In this document: in pieces, positions 31,231-41,650 of the stretch
Layout: each line of letters starts with the position of its first letter
How positions within the stretch are numbered: position 1 is the first letter of the stretch
Source of the DNA: Candidatus Bathyarchaeota archaeon
GTDB taxonomy: Archaea; Thermoproteota; Bathyarchaeia; Bathyarchaeales; Bathycorpusculaceae
Length of the DNA stretch: 64,000 bases
Assembly: GCA_963811105.1 (NCBI GenBank)
Contig: CAWEPZ010000011.1
Span: 1,152,001-1,216,000, forward strand
Direction of reading: 5' to 3'
Position numbers and translations under genes: made by a program
The notes under the pieces: generated by a model
Databases searched by the model: none
The model's input: only the letters and a program-made list of their open reading frames with translations
What the model was told of the DNA's origin: nothing

Positions 31231-31854
31231 TTATTTACCAAGGTGTAATCGCTTAACTTCGCCCTTTGGAGATTCTTCCTCAAAAATAATCGCGTGAAAC
31301 TTGTAAATTTTGGCGCCTTTAACTAGCCAACTATCAGGTGGAAGCCCAGCTTTGACACAGCATTGACAAAGAAATTCTTCTTCACACCAACCCCATTCAA
31401 CAGGCACCTGAGGTAAAAGCAAACCCTTAGAGTAGCCTTTTTCAATGATTAAGCCGTCTTCGCCAACCTTAATTTTGTTTAAGTACTCTTTTGGATTGTC
31501 GACGTTCACGGGTTCCGGAGGCGTTAGTACGCTTACCTCAAAAACAACCTTGCTCAATTCAGACAAAGATAATGGCTCAAACCGTGGGTCCCGCGTTGCA
31601 GCATTAATTGCAGAATCAATTACCGCTTCTACAAGGGGACTTGTAGGGTAAGGGTAACCTATGCAGCCGCGAAGCTCCTTTTCCCCACCTCTAACACTGT
31701 TTATTGTTACGAAAACGCCGCAGTGCTCGAAGAGTTTCTTTGGGGTTTCTTTTGGCGGTTGAATTGCTTTGCCAGTTTCCAAGTATTGTTTTACTACAGT
31801 CCGAGCAAGTTGAATTAGGAATTTTCCTTCTTCCAAACTTAGTTCAAATACCAT
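31231..31854 (-). CDS. AMMECR1-domain protein
   Basis: GVFVT, LRGCIG, DPRF, EVSVLT, GLLLPQV. Confidence 0.93.
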   Translation of the reverse strand: MVFELSLEEGKFLIQLARTVVKQYLETGKAIQPPKETPKKLFEHCGVFVTINSVRGGEKELRGCIGYPYPTSPLVEAVIDSAINAATRDPRFEPLSLSELSKVVFEVSVLTPPEPVNVDNPKEYLNKIKVGEDGLIIEKGYSKGLLLPQVPVEWGWCEEEFLCQCCVKAGLPPDSWLVKGAKIYKFHAIIFEEESPKGEVKRLHLGK

Positions 31855-31933
31855 AATATTACCTCGATCTTGAATCATGCACAATTGCATGGCTGGTTGC
31901 TGTTTATTAAGAATGAAATTTGTAGGAAAGAGT

Positions 31934-32632
31934 TTAGAATTTTATGGATTCTTCGGCGATGCCTTCCTTAGTTATTATTAGGAAGTCTATGCCGTCGCCG
32001 CTCATTGAGTCTCTGCTTATGGCTGATTTTATTGACCTTGTGACGAGTTCTTTGGCTTCTTCCGCGGTCAATGTTTCTTTGTAGCCTTCTTCGATAACGC
32101 CTATCGCTAATTCTGTTCCTGAACCTACAGCAGCGTACTTGTCAGGTATTAATGAGCCTAGAACGTCAAGCACATAAAGTGATGGACCTTCTTCATCTAG
32201 ACCACCGACAATTGTCTGAGTGATTAATGGTGCGTACCTACGGTTAAACAGTACATTGGCCATTAGCTTAGCTGCTGAGCGCACATTAATTTGTCTACCG
32301 ACATCCATACTATAGAGGTTTGCTTGAGCTTCCATTTCTTTAGCGAGAATCTGCATGTCTCCAATAAGACCCGCACAGGCAACGCCAATTCGGTCAGTTA
32401 CTTTGAATACTTTTTTGCCGCCTTTGCTCATAACGAAATAACCATAAGTTACTCTTTTTTCAGCGGCTAATACTACTCCGTCTGAAAAGACAACGCCAAC
32501 CGTGGTGGCACCTGGAATCCATGCATAGCCGCCTTGCTGAGCTTGCTGTTGCTGACCCTGTTGACTTTGAGGCATATCTGGCATCTGTGGAATTTGAGGT
32601 AAATTAGGTAATTGTGGTCCATATCCTTCCAT
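31934..32632 (-). CDS. psmB: Proteasome beta subunit, probably non-catalytic paralog
   Basis: GATTVGV, AAEKR, AGLIGD, GSG, SRDSMSGDG; Ala at the Thr1 position. Confidence 0.92.
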   Translation of the reverse strand: MEGYGPQLPNLPQIPQMPDMPQSQQGQQQQAQQGGYAWIPGATTVGVVFSDGVVLAAEKRVTYGYFVMSKGGKKVFKVTDRIGVACAGLIGDMQILAKEMEAQANLYSMDVGRQINVRSAAKLMANVLFNRRYAPLITQTIVGGLDEEGPSLYVLDVLGSLIPDKYAAVGSGTELAIGVIEEGYKETLTAEEAKELVTRSIKSAISRDSMSGDGIDFLIITKEGIAEESIKF

Positions 32633-32920
32633 AATTTTCGCCTTTTCCCGTTCCTATACACAAAACAAATTATTAAGCTTACTTATAACCAATTCTAGAT
32701 AGAGATAATGGTAAGTTTCAAGTTACGCAAACTAAAATTCAAGGCTTTCTTCTTGCCCATATTTGATTTTCTAAATAACAGTCTTGGAAAAGGTTTAATG
32801 AAAACTCAGGAAGAGTTGAAAATGCAAAGATATGTCTTTATGGAATTCAAGCTTTTACCCCAGAAACTTTTTAACATAACCAAAGGTCTCTAATATGAAA
32901 ACAACTAAAAGGAAAAACAA

Positions 32921-33505
32921 ATGATAGAAATCTATACCCAAAACCTTGACGGTATTTGGTTTGGACTTGCCTGTTCTAAAAACCAAATTGCTGCAACATC
33001 CTTCGGTGCAAGCCAAATAGCGACATTAAGAAATATTTTGAGCAGTTTACCATTCGACGTTCCCTTTGAGGTTTTTCATGAACCATCAATTTTCGCAAAA
33101 ACGGCTCTTAGTTCATTGAAGAGTATTTATGAGGGACAAAGCGTTGAAGCAGAGTTCTCGTTAGCTTTAGCTCGCTTGCCGATCTATACACAAAAAGTGC
33201 TTAAAGCAACAAAGCAGGTTCCGCTTGGCTATGTGACTTCCTACGGGTCAGTCGCTGATGCGGTTGGTGGCGGTCCAAGAGCTGTTGGAAACATTATGGC
33301 ATCTAATCCCTTCGCTCCTATTGTTCCCTGCCACAGGGTTGTAAAATCCGATTTTACTCTTGGCGGATATGGTGGAGGCCTCAAAGTGAAGATTGAACTC
33401 TTGGGCAGAGAGAAAAGAGGTTTTTTGACCCCGAAAGAAATAGAAATAAACGGACGCCAACTTGAGGTTTTCCCAGTTGAGTACGTTCTAAGAAATCTGT
33501 CTTAA
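32921..33505 (+). CDS. ogt: Methylated-DNA--protein-cysteine methyltransferase
   Basis: PRAVG...NP...VPCHRVV active site. Confidence 0.93.
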   Translation: MIEIYTQNLDGIWFGLACSKNQIAATSFGASQIATLRNILSSLPFDVPFEVFHEPSIFAKTALSSLKSIYEGQSVEAEFSLALARLPIYTQKVLKATKQVPLGYVTSYGSVADAVGGGPRAVGNIMASNPFAPIVPCHRVVKSDFTLGGYGGGLKVKIELLGREKRGFLTPKEIEINGRQLEVFPVEYVLRNLS

Positions 33506-33575
33506 GGTTCAAATTCTTGAGCTAACGCAAATCATAAAAGCTTGCGAGCTTAACCTCAAAGACGAGGAAGACGCA

Positions 33576-34103
33576 TTGGTTAATCGAGGACTCTATGTTG
33601 GCCGATTCCAACCTTTTCATTTAGGTCATCTAGGCGCCATCAAGACAGCGCTAAAGGAAATTGATGAACTCGTCATAGTTATCGGCAGCGCCCAGTATAG
33701 CCATAAAATGAACAACCCATTCACAGCGGGCGAAAGATTAGTAATGATTCGCCATGCTTTAGTGGAGGCCAAACTGAATTCTTCTAGGTTGTGGATTGTT
33801 CCTGTTCCAGACGTCCATTTGCATATGCTTTGGGTCAGCGCACTTGAAGGATACACGCCGAAGTTCAATGTTGTTTTTTCTAACGAACCCTTGACACGCA
33901 GGCTTTTCATGGAGTCAGGTTATGAGGTCAAAAACATTGAATTCTATGATAGGAAAGTTTACATGTCAACCCTCATTAGAGAAAAAATGCTTCAAGGTAA
34001 CAGTTGGATGGAGTTTGTTCCTAAAAGCGTGGCTGATTTCATTAACGAAATTGATGGCGTAAACAGACTAAGAGATCTAGCGACAACAGATAGGATTTGT
34101 TAA
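33576..34103 (+). CDS. nadM: Nicotinamide-nucleotide adenylyltransferase
   Basis: GRFQPFHLGH, GSAQ, NPFTAGER. Confidence 0.95.
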   Translation: MVNRGLYVGRFQPFHLGHLGAIKTALKEIDELVIVIGSAQYSHKMNNPFTAGERLVMIRHALVEAKLNSSRLWIVPVPDVHLHMLWVSALEGYTPKFNVVFSNEPLTRRLFMESGYEVKNIEFYDRKVYMSTLIREKMLQGNSWMEFVPKSVADFINEIDGVNRLRDLATTDRIC

Positions 34104-34657
34104 ACGACTATTTTTTCTTTAGAAGCCTTATGATAAAATTGCCAAGCGATCAGATAAACAGCTATTAAAATCACCAATTGCGCAAAAACACTGAAAGGGT
34201 TAGCTACTAAATCAAAAAAGTTGGTGAGTGCGTGAAGCCCGATAGCAATTAAAAAGAAAGGTAAGGGGTTTTTCTTGGCTATGCCATAAGAGGTAATGGT
34301 TGCGCTCGAAGCATGAAAGATAATATGCGGTAAGCTTCCAATAATAGGTGCACCGGCAAGGAAAACATACTCGAAAAATTCTGCGATACCGAAACCTAAG
34401 CCTGTTAAAAGGCCTAATCTTACCAATGAAAGTTCAGTTTCGCCGTGCCTGTAGAACAGGGGGAAAACTTTCGCCATCTCTTCTACAAATGGGGCTACAA
34501 CTACTAATAATACAGCAAATGAAACTGGAATTAAATAATTAAAAAAAGCGGCAAACGGAATACTTACCAATATGCCGGATGCCAAAAAGAAGGCGTACTC
34601 TTTTAGGCTAGGTTTATGAAGTGGTATAACGCAGTATTTCTGTTTTTTATCTTCCAT
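34100..34657 (-). CDS. PrsW-family intramembrane metalloprotease
   Basis: APFVEEMAK, GLGFGIAE, HIIFH, HALTN. Confidence 0.85.
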   Translation of the reverse strand: MEDKKQKYCVIPLHKPSLKEYAFFLASGILVSIPFAAFFNYLIPVSFAVLLVVVAPFVEEMAKVFPLFYRHGETELSLVRLGLLTGLGFGIAEFFEYVFLAGAPIIGSLPHIIFHASSATITSYGIAKKNPLPFFLIAIGLHALTNFFDLVANPFSVFAQLVILIAVYLIAWQFYHKASKEKIVV

Positions 34658-34767
34658 AAAAAACACGTTTCCTAAAAATAGTGAATTTACCGCTTCCTTA
34701 TCAAGGTTATCACTGACCATATCGCTAAATACAAGTCTCTAATATTAAGCAAGCAAGGCATAAGAAA

Positions 34768-35232
34768 ATGAGCGCTCTTGTTATTCTTTTTTCTTATCAT
34801 CACAAGAACACCGAGAAAATAGCAAAAGTTATCGCTAGTAGTCTTGGTGCACAAATAAAAACCCCAGACCAAATTGACCCAAACAGTCTTACAAATTATG
34901 ACTTAGTCGGTTTCGGTTCCGGGATTTATTTTGGGAAACACCATAAAGTTCTTCTTGACTTTGTCGATAAGCTTGCCCAAAGTACTAACAAAAAAGGATT
35001 CATCTTCTCTACGAGCGGTCGAACAGGTGATGTTTCTCCTAAATTTCACAAACAGCTTAGAGAAAAACTTCAGTCCAAGGGGTTTGAAATTATTGGAGAG
35101 TTCAATTGTGGGGCTTTTGACACGTATGGACTAATGAAAATAGTCGGAGGCATAAATAAGGGAAGACCCAATGAAGATGACCTCAAGCAAGCTGACGCAT
35201 TCGCCAAAGGCTTAAAGAAAAATGTTTCTTAA
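34768..35232 (+). CDS. Flavodoxin-family protein
   Basis: SYHHKNTEKIA, GFGSGIY, FSTSG. Confidence 0.88.
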   Translation: MSALVILFSYHHKNTEKIAKVIASSLGAQIKTPDQIDPNSLTNYDLVGFGSGIYFGKHHKVLLDFVDKLAQSTNKKGFIFSTSGRTGDVSPKFHKQLREKLQSKGFEIIGEFNCGAFDTYGLMKIVGGINKGRPNEDDLKQADAFAKGLKKNVS

Positions 35233-35262
35233 GTCTAAAGCAACTGAAAAGTATCTGAAGTT

Positions 35263-36636
35263 TTAGAAGCCAGCCGTTATCGGTTCATCTGGCTTAATTA
35301 TTTCTCTTAGAAGCACTGTTGCGTAGCAACCCCTAAGCAACGTGAAACTTAATTGCACTTGGTTGTCTCCGCGGCTTGAATTGGTTAAAACCTTTTGTAG
35401 CTTAAATTCTCTGATAGGAGTAATAGCTGTTCGCAAGCCGCCCTTGCCTGCAACTCTTGTTAACTCGTTGATTCGCAAACTCTCCAATTTCACTTCTTCT
35501 TGCATAAGAACCTCTTCTTCAATTTGCCCCATAACCCCTTGTGAAAGCTTCTGCCTTATCCCAAAGATGGGAAGGGCGACACGCATTTTTCCCGTCCCGA
35601 TTTGTTCGTTAGTCTGACCCATGGTTTCTTTTGTTACTGTTTTTACCAAAGTGTTCAAGGGTAATCCTGAACGCTCAACAGCCACAACGTAATCTCCAAC
35701 TTCAGCTTTGCTCAAAGAGTAGCCATGCTTAATGCGTTCGCTTAGAAAACGGTTAAACAGGAAAGACTGATGTGCTTGAACAAAAAGCTGCCGAAGCTTC
35801 AAGGGCAACTGCTGGAAAGCGCCAATAAAATCAGTCTGATTATTAACCAAGTGATTCAGCATTAATCTTTCAAAACGAAGCTGACGAGGAAAAATTTCCA
35901 GAGCCTGCTTGAAATCCTTTGTTGATTTAAGTTCTTGACGTGCTTGACTTGACGATGGGTGTTCATGAATGCTGGATTTAGCTAGAAAAAGCATCGCTGC
36001 CTCCTCAAAATCGCCTTTTACAAGTGCCCTTCCCACCAAATGTGTAATTGGACGGGTTGTCCCGAAGCGCTGATGACCAAAAAAGTTTGGCATCCCTCCT
36101 AACGCTTCCAACTGCATCAATACTTCAGATATTCTTTTTTGAACAGTTGACTCCCTGTGTTTTATCGATTTGATTTTTATTGTAAAATTGTTGCCAAGCA
36201 AATAATAAGTTGACAGTGCTTCTCGAACATAGCCAACAGGGCTAAGTTCAATATCTTTAGCGTTAACTTTAGAAACATCCTCCATCAAACCACCCTCAAT
36301 CGTCAAGTATTGGGCGGTAACGGCTTTAGCATCTTTAATACCAGCAATCTGGACACATCCTTGATCTATTCCAAGCTGTTGTGCGATGTTTCTAACTGCT
36401 ATTAGTGTGTCCCAGTTCCGCTTAATCAAAATACAGAGCAAAAATTTCTGCCTTTTAAGAGAAGACCCTAAAACTCTTGCTGGAATAGCGCCTTCAAAGC
36501 ATGCTTTTGAGCCGTCAACAAGCACTTCTTCAACCCTGAAGTCATCAATTGCTTGACGTATGGCGCCGCCAACACCCAAACCCTTGGTAGCGTAAACTTC
36601 CATGCCAAGCTGTTTATCAAGCGATGAAACAGGCAC
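35263..36636 (-). CDS. truD: tRNA pseudouridine(13) synthase TruD
   Basis: DFRVEE, AGIKDAKAVTAQ, GNNF, PNFFGHQRFG, GCYATVLLRE. Confidence 0.95.
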   Translation of the reverse strand: MPVSSLDKQLGMEVYATKGLGVGGAIRQAIDDFRVEEVLVDGSKACFEGAIPARVLGSSLKRQKFLLCILIKRNWDTLIAVRNIAQQLGIDQGCVQIAGIKDAKAVTAQYLTIEGGLMEDVSKVNAKDIELSPVGYVREALSTYYLLGNNFTIKIKSIKHRESTVQKRISEVLMQLEALGGMPNFFGHQRFGTTRPITHLVGRALVKGDFEEAAMLFLAKSSIHEHPSSSQARQELKSTKDFKQALEIFPRQLRFERLMLNHLVNNQTDFIGAFQQLPLKLRQLFVQAHQSFLFNRFLSERIKHGYSLSKAEVGDYVVAVERSGLPLNTLVKTVTKETMGQTNEQIGTGKMRVALPIFGIRQKLSQGVMGQIEEEVLMQEEVKLESLRINELTRVAGKGGLRTAITPIREFKLQKVLTNSSRGDNQVQLSFTLLRGCYATVLLREIIKPDEPITAGF

Positions 36637-36647
36637 TCTTAATCGCC

Positions 36648-37010
36648 TTACAACAACTTTAGCTTGCCAGTTAATCTATCAATCAATCCTGCTGGAGCAG
36701 GACCAATCCCCAAGCATGTAACAGTGCCTTCAGGAACTTGTGTCAAACCCCGATCAACAATCAAAGCGTGAGGCAACCCCAAATCGTCCGCAGCCTCTTC
36801 TAACGCGCTAAGCTCTTTCTCGTCAGCAACCTTAACTGCAATCTTGCGTTGACCCTCGTACATCCAAGCTTCCCACCATTTCTTATGCTGCTGATTGGCC
36901 GCCTGAGCGGCCGAAACAGCTGCGTGCCCCGCTTGAGCTGCAATTTTTCCTTTTCCCATCTGCAAATCAGTACGGAAAACGAGGACCTGCTTGTATTCAA
37001 ATTCACCCAT
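36648..37010 (-). CDS. pth2: Peptidyl-tRNA hydrolase Pth2
   Basis: RTDLQMGKGKIAAQAGHA, DRGLTQV, GIGP. Confidence 0.96.
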   Translation of the reverse strand: MGEFEYKQVLVFRTDLQMGKGKIAAQAGHAAVSAAQAANQQHKKWWEAWMYEGQRKIAVKVADEKELSALEEAADDLGLPHALIVDRGLTQVPEGTVTCLGIGPAPAGLIDRLTGKLKLL

Positions 37011-37046
37011 TCATTGTTCCCGCCTATAGGTTGGCACTCGAAGACT

Positions 37047-38297
37047 TTAAGGGTTTGCGGACAAGTAAAGCAGAGCAAAGTACCCCATTGCCGCCAGCAT
37101 TGAAGGTTTCCCGAGAACTTTAAGCATAAGTTTTCCTTGAAAATCGATTTCATCCACATCACTTAATGCCTTGTCGACACCTAACTTACCGCAGAAACGC
37201 AGCAGATCATCAATTTTTTGGTCAGAGAGAGAATCAAGAAACCGCCTGAGCCTAAGCATAACAAGAAAATCAAAATGCAACTGGTCAGAACAACGCTTTT
37301 GGTATGCCCGCAAAAACCTAGCCGAAAAATCGTTCTTCTCTATCGCTAGCTTAGCGGTCTCTGCTGCGATTTTTGCGCATGTTAACCCGAAAATTACTCC
37401 CCCGCCAGTGGTTGGTTTAACTTGAGAAGCGCAGTCACCTATGGCAAGAAAACCGTTTGAAAATGATCTTTTGATTGGTCCACCCAACGTGATTGCGTGG
37501 TAACTGATTTGGGTTATTTTTGCTTTAGCAAGCTGCTTAGAGGCAACTGGATGCTTCTTTATGAGCGACTGCAGAAAGTCTCGAGGGTTTCCTCTGTTAG
37601 TCGCTAAACCAACTTTCGCTGTTCCATCTAGTTTTGGAATGAGCCATCCGTAAAAACCTGGAGCATAAGCTTTGCCGACATAAACCTCAACCGCGTCGCG
37701 CTCAATGTCTCGGACATTTTCTACTTCGGCTTCAACTGCATAAACGAGTCTTTTTGGTTTAAGCATCTCTAAACCTGCTTGATTAAGAAGCCGTGAAGAG
37801 ATGCCTTCCGCATCTAAGACAATTTTACAATTAACATGGTCTTCGGCTATGACGCTCGATTGGATATTTATTCCTTTGACAAAGCCATTGGCATTTATCA
37901 GCGAATGGACACGAGAGGACATAGCGAATTGTGCACCAGTCGTTTTAGCTTTATTAGCTAAATACTGGTCAAAACGCGCTCTGTTCAACGCAACTGTCAC
38001 CGGACGCGAAAGGTGAAGCGAAAACTTGGTTCCAGCGGGCGAATAGAAGTTTGCAATACTGAAAGTGTTTTCAATGATCCCGTTTGGAAGCGGATAAAAA
38101 CCTAGGTTTTTTAGGCTTCGAATACTGATGTGCCCAGCGCAGTGAGAAGGGTACCCAATCTGGGGGTGCTCTTCAAAAACTGAGACTTTAACGCCTAGTT
38201 TAGCTAAATTTAGCGCTGCACAAGAACCAACAGGTCCCCCTCCGACAATTACGACATCGGGAGAGCTGTCTGTTGGCCGCAGTATATTCGTAATCAT
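37047..38297 (-). CDS. Geranylgeranyl reductase family FAD oxidoreductase
   Basis: VGGGPVG, APGFYGWLIP, GDCASQVKPTTGGG. Confidence 0.9.
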   Translation of the reverse strand: MITNILRPTDSSPDVVIVGGGPVGSCAALNLAKLGVKVSVFEEHPQIGYPSHCAGHISIRSLKNLGFYPLPNGIIENTFSIANFYSPAGTKFSLHLSRPVTVALNRARFDQYLANKAKTTGAQFAMSSRVHSLINANGFVKGINIQSSVIAEDHVNCKIVLDAEGISSRLLNQAGLEMLKPKRLVYAVEAEVENVRDIERDAVEVYVGKAYAPGFYGWLIPKLDGTAKVGLATNRGNPRDFLQSLIKKHPVASKQLAKAKITQISYHAITLGGPIKRSFSNGFLAIGDCASQVKPTTGGGVIFGLTCAKIAAETAKLAIEKNDFSARFLRAYQKRCSDQLHFDFLVMLRLRRFLDSLSDQKIDDLLRFCGKLGVDKALSDVDEIDFQGKLMLKVLGKPSMLAAMGYFALLYLSANP

Positions 38298-38304
38298 CGT
38301 TACT

Positions 38305-38535
38305 TTACTGGACTAACTCAACTCGGCGTTTTCCACGTGCCATAGAAGAAGTACGGACTTTGCCGCTGACTTCGAGTTTTAGCAGTAAGTCGTTGAAGTC
38401 TTTATAACCTAAGTCTTCGAATTCACTTTTTATTTGATTAAACAGATCATCATCGGACATGTCGCCTTTTTTTTGGAGAATTTCCAATGCAACAAAGTAA
38501 GCGGGGCGTGTTTTCCAAACTTTCATCTGCGGCAT
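38305..38535 (-). CDS. Small winged-helix protein downstream of cdc48
   Basis: 76 aa from ATG 38535; EILQKKG.MSDDDLF...LLKLEVSGKV winged-helix pattern. Confidence 0.7.
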   Translation of the reverse strand: MPQMKVWKTRPAYFVALEILQKKGDMSDDDLFNQIKSEFEDLGYKDFNDLLLKLEVSGKVRTSSMARGKRRVELVQ

Positions 38536-38546
38536 AAATGTTCCTT

Positions 38547-40754
38547 CTAAGCAACTGGTGTTTGTGGCTTTTGTACTTGTCGGATTTGCTGCATGAAACT
38601 CTTGTACCACTTCTCCATATCAGCCGATATCGATGGACCCATTTCTTTTAAGGCGTCCAGAAAGTCTTTCATAGTTACTTCCGAGGAGTTAACGTCCCGT
38701 CTTAATGCATGCATTGCGGCTTCTCTGCAGAGGGATTCTATGTCGGCGCCTGAATAGTACTTAGTCATAGATGTTATCTGGTTTAAGTCGATGTCTTTAC
38801 AAATTGGCATGCCGTTGGTGTAGATTTTGAGTATTTTTAAACGGCTCTTTTCATCTGGTTCAGGGACATAAATTAGTCTGTCGAATCTTCCGGGGCGTAG
38901 CACCGCGGGATCCACCATGTCAGGGCGGTTGGTTGCAGCGATAACTACGATGTCTTGTAATGTAGTTATTCCATCCATTTCTGTTAAGAGTTGGCTTATG
39001 ACTCGTTCTGAGACACCGCTATCAGACATACCCATACCACGTCTAGGCGTAAGCGAATCTATCTCATCTAAGAATATGACTGCAGGCGCTGCCATGCGGG
39101 CTTTGCGGAAAACCTCGCGTATTGCTTTTTCTGACTCTCCAACCCATTTAGAGAACACTTCAGGACCCTTAATAGATATGAAATTAGCTTCGCTTTCAGT
39201 TGCTACCGCTCGGGCTAGCATGGTTTTGCCACAACCTGGGGGACCATATAGCAGTATACCTTTTGGTGGTCTAATACCAAGTCTGGTAAAGATTTCAGGG
39301 TTCTTAATTGGCCACTCGACAGATTCTTTGAGATGCTCTTTTACGTCTTCAAGTCCACCAACGTCATCCCAATGAACAGTTGAAACTTCTATGTAGACTT
39401 CACGCATAGCGGTAGGTGTGACTTCTTTGTAAGCGCCAAGAAAATCGCTCATTAAAACCTCCATCTTCTCCAACACCGCTGGAGGAATGCGTTCTTCTTC
39501 AAGATTTATTTGAGGCAGGTATCTGCGTAGGGCTTTCATGGCTGTTTCTCTGCCCAGTGCCGATAAGTCTGCACCTGTGTAGCCATGGGTCATATCAGCA
39601 AGTTTTTTGAGGTCAACATCATCTGGGGACTTTTCTGTTGTTCCAGTTTTCTCAATTCCATGCAAAGGCATACCTCTAGTGTGGATTTGGAGAACTTCAT
39701 ATCGTCCTTTCTTGTCCGGTACGCCAATTTCTATTTCCCTGTCAAATCTTCCAGGTCTACGCAATGCAGGGTCAAGTGCTCCAGGGCGGTTAGTTGCGCC
39801 AATAACTATTACGTTTCCTCTTCCGCCTAACCCATCCATCAAGGCTAAGAGCTGCGCAACAACACGCCTTTCAACTTCGCCTGTAACTTCTTCCCGTTTA
39901 GGCGCTATCGCATCGAGTTCATCCACGAAAATAATGCTTGGTGCATTCTGCTGTGCCTGTTGGAAAATTTCACGTAAACGAGCTTCAGACTCACCATAAA
40001 ATTTGCTCATGATTTCCGGGCCATTAATAGAGTAAAAGTTGGCTTCAGATTCGTTGGCAACTGCCCTAGCTAGCAGAGTTTTGCCGCAGCCTGGTGGACC
40101 ATGAAGCAAGACACCTTTTGGAGGCTCAATTCCTAAGCGTTGGAATAATTCCGGGTGACGAAGAGGCAGCTCAACCATTTCGCGGACACGCTGAATTTCT
40201 TCATGTAAGCCCCCGATGTCTTCGTATGTGGTTCTTGGTAAGCCTTTGCCTTCTGGCGCTGGTTCGTTTAATATGGTTAAACGTGTTTCAGCTGTAACTT
40301 TTATGATTCCGTGAGGTCTGGTTTTTGAGACTGTGAAGGGTATGGCGTGTCCCAACATCATTACTAGGGTTGTGTCGCCTTCCACTAATGTACGTTCCAT
40401 TAAGCGGTTTTTAACAAAATTAGTGAAGTCTTCATCAACGTTTAGTCGCATATCTACTGGCGCAAGTGTTATGCTTAGGGCTGTTTTGACTTTTGCCGGT
40501 CGCACAACAACATACTCGTTTATGGCTACGCCTGTGTTTTTGCGAGTATAACCGTCGATACGAATGATATCTCGGTTTTGGTCTTCACTGTAAGCTGGCC
40601 AAGCAATGGCGGAAGTTGTACGTTTATTTATTATTTCTATTACGTCTCCAGCGCTTATGCCTAGTTTCTGCATTGTTCGTTGGTCTATGCGGGCGATTCC
40701 TCTGCCCACATCTCTTTGCCTTGCGTCTCCAACACGTAATTGAACTTCGCTCAT
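38547..40754 (-). CDS. cdc48: CDC48/VAT AAA+ ATPase
   Basis: N-domain plus two AAA modules (GPPGCGKT twice, DELD/DEID, RPGRFDR twice). Confidence 0.98.
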   Translation of the reverse strand: MSEVQLRVGDARQRDVGRGIARIDQRTMQKLGISAGDVIEIINKRTTSAIAWPAYSEDQNRDIIRIDGYTRKNTGVAINEYVVVRPAKVKTALSITLAPVDMRLNVDEDFTNFVKNRLMERTLVEGDTTLVMMLGHAIPFTVSKTRPHGIIKVTAETRLTILNEPAPEGKGLPRTTYEDIGGLHEEIQRVREMVELPLRHPELFQRLGIEPPKGVLLHGPPGCGKTLLARAVANESEANFYSINGPEIMSKFYGESEARLREIFQQAQQNAPSIIFVDELDAIAPKREEVTGEVERRVVAQLLALMDGLGGRGNVIVIGATNRPGALDPALRRPGRFDREIEIGVPDKKGRYEVLQIHTRGMPLHGIEKTGTTEKSPDDVDLKKLADMTHGYTGADLSALGRETAMKALRRYLPQINLEEERIPPAVLEKMEVLMSDFLGAYKEVTPTAMREVYIEVSTVHWDDVGGLEDVKEHLKESVEWPIKNPEIFTRLGIRPPKGILLYGPPGCGKTMLARAVATESEANFISIKGPEVFSKWVGESEKAIREVFRKARMAAPAVIFLDEIDSLTPRRGMGMSDSGVSERVISQLLTEMDGITTLQDIVVIAATNRPDMVDPAVLRPGRFDRLIYVPEPDEKSRLKILKIYTNGMPICKDIDLNQITSMTKYYSGADIESLCREAAMHALRRDVNSSEVTMKDFLDALKEMGPSISADMEKWYKSFMQQIRQVQKPQTPVA

Positions 40755-40904
40755 TCAGAATCCTCCAAATAATATGGTGCTAAAGGTTACGTTTGAAATG
40801 AACCTTTATTACTATATAAACTTTAGAGATCAATGATTAATATTTTCAGATGTTTGTGAGCAATAGGACTGATGGAGTCTTGTGTCTAAAAACAAGAATT
40901 AAAG

Positions 40905-41183
40905 CTAATCTCTGCTGCTTCTGCGGACAAACATGCATTGTGCTTGGCTGACGCCCGATATTTTTCCGAGTTTTTCCTCGAATTCATCAACAATACCACT
41001 TTTGTCTTCCGGGAACTTGAGTTGAACAAGAAGCGCAATTAATCCAAAAGCTATAGGTTCCTCACCATATCCCTCAATCGAAGCGAATTCGGGCTTAATG
41101 TTGTCAATTTGTTTCTTGAGGGCATCAAAGTTTTCCACAATGTCTTCTGGGAAAACCTTGTATGTTACAATAACGCTTCCCAT
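40905..41183 (-). CDS. ef1b: Translation elongation factor 1-beta
   Basis: KVFPED and EEPIAFGL signature. Confidence 0.93.
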   Translation of the reverse strand: MGSVIVTYKVFPEDIVENFDALKKQIDNIKPEFASIEGYGEEPIAFGLIALLVQLKFPEDKSGIVDEFEEKLGKISGVSQAQCMFVRRSSRD

Positions 41184-41194
41184 GTCCTATCGCC

Positions 41195-41383
41195 TTATGG
41201 TCCTGTAAATCCGCATTTTGGACATTTGTACAAACGGCCGAATTTGCGGCATTTTCCATCTCTTTTAATTTGGATGTCGCCGCAGTTTGGGCATAGGAAT
41301 TTTGTAGATTCGCTGCCAGGTGGGATTGGCTTGCCGCAGCTTGTACATGTAACCATGGATAGTGATGTTGCTCTTTCTGACAT
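41195..41383 (-). CDS. Zn-ribbon protein (DUF1610/HVO_2753-like)
   Basis: CTSCG...FLCPNCG...YKCPKCGFTGP; canonical position upstream of EF-1beta. Confidence 0.9.
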   Translation of the reverse strand: MSERATSLSMVTCTSCGKPIPPGSESTKFLCPNCGDIQIKRDGKCRKFGRLYKCPKCGFTGP

Positions 41384-41650
41384 AACTTACATCTCTTGCC
41401 GTTTTAATTGTGAGTCCTCCTTATATCTGCTATGCTTGCTAACTTGTCATAATCTTTGTTTAACATAGCGTTAAACGCGTTTACGACAGACGCAAAACAT
41501 GTGGCTAATCAACCATTCAAACAAGTTTTTGGTGTAGACATTGATAGGGGCATAGACCTGATTTATTGAAAAGAAACTTATTTTTCTTATGAAAAAAGTA
41601 TTCGCAAGTTTATTAAGAAGGTTTCTTGCCTACTTATTTCGTGGTAAGTT

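Noticed and set aside
36800-40551. Numerous antisense and alternate-frame ORFs over pth2, GGR and cdc48 (and likewise over copA, ilvE, proS)
   Set aside because: Shadow ORFs of well-supported genes, with no independent motifs.
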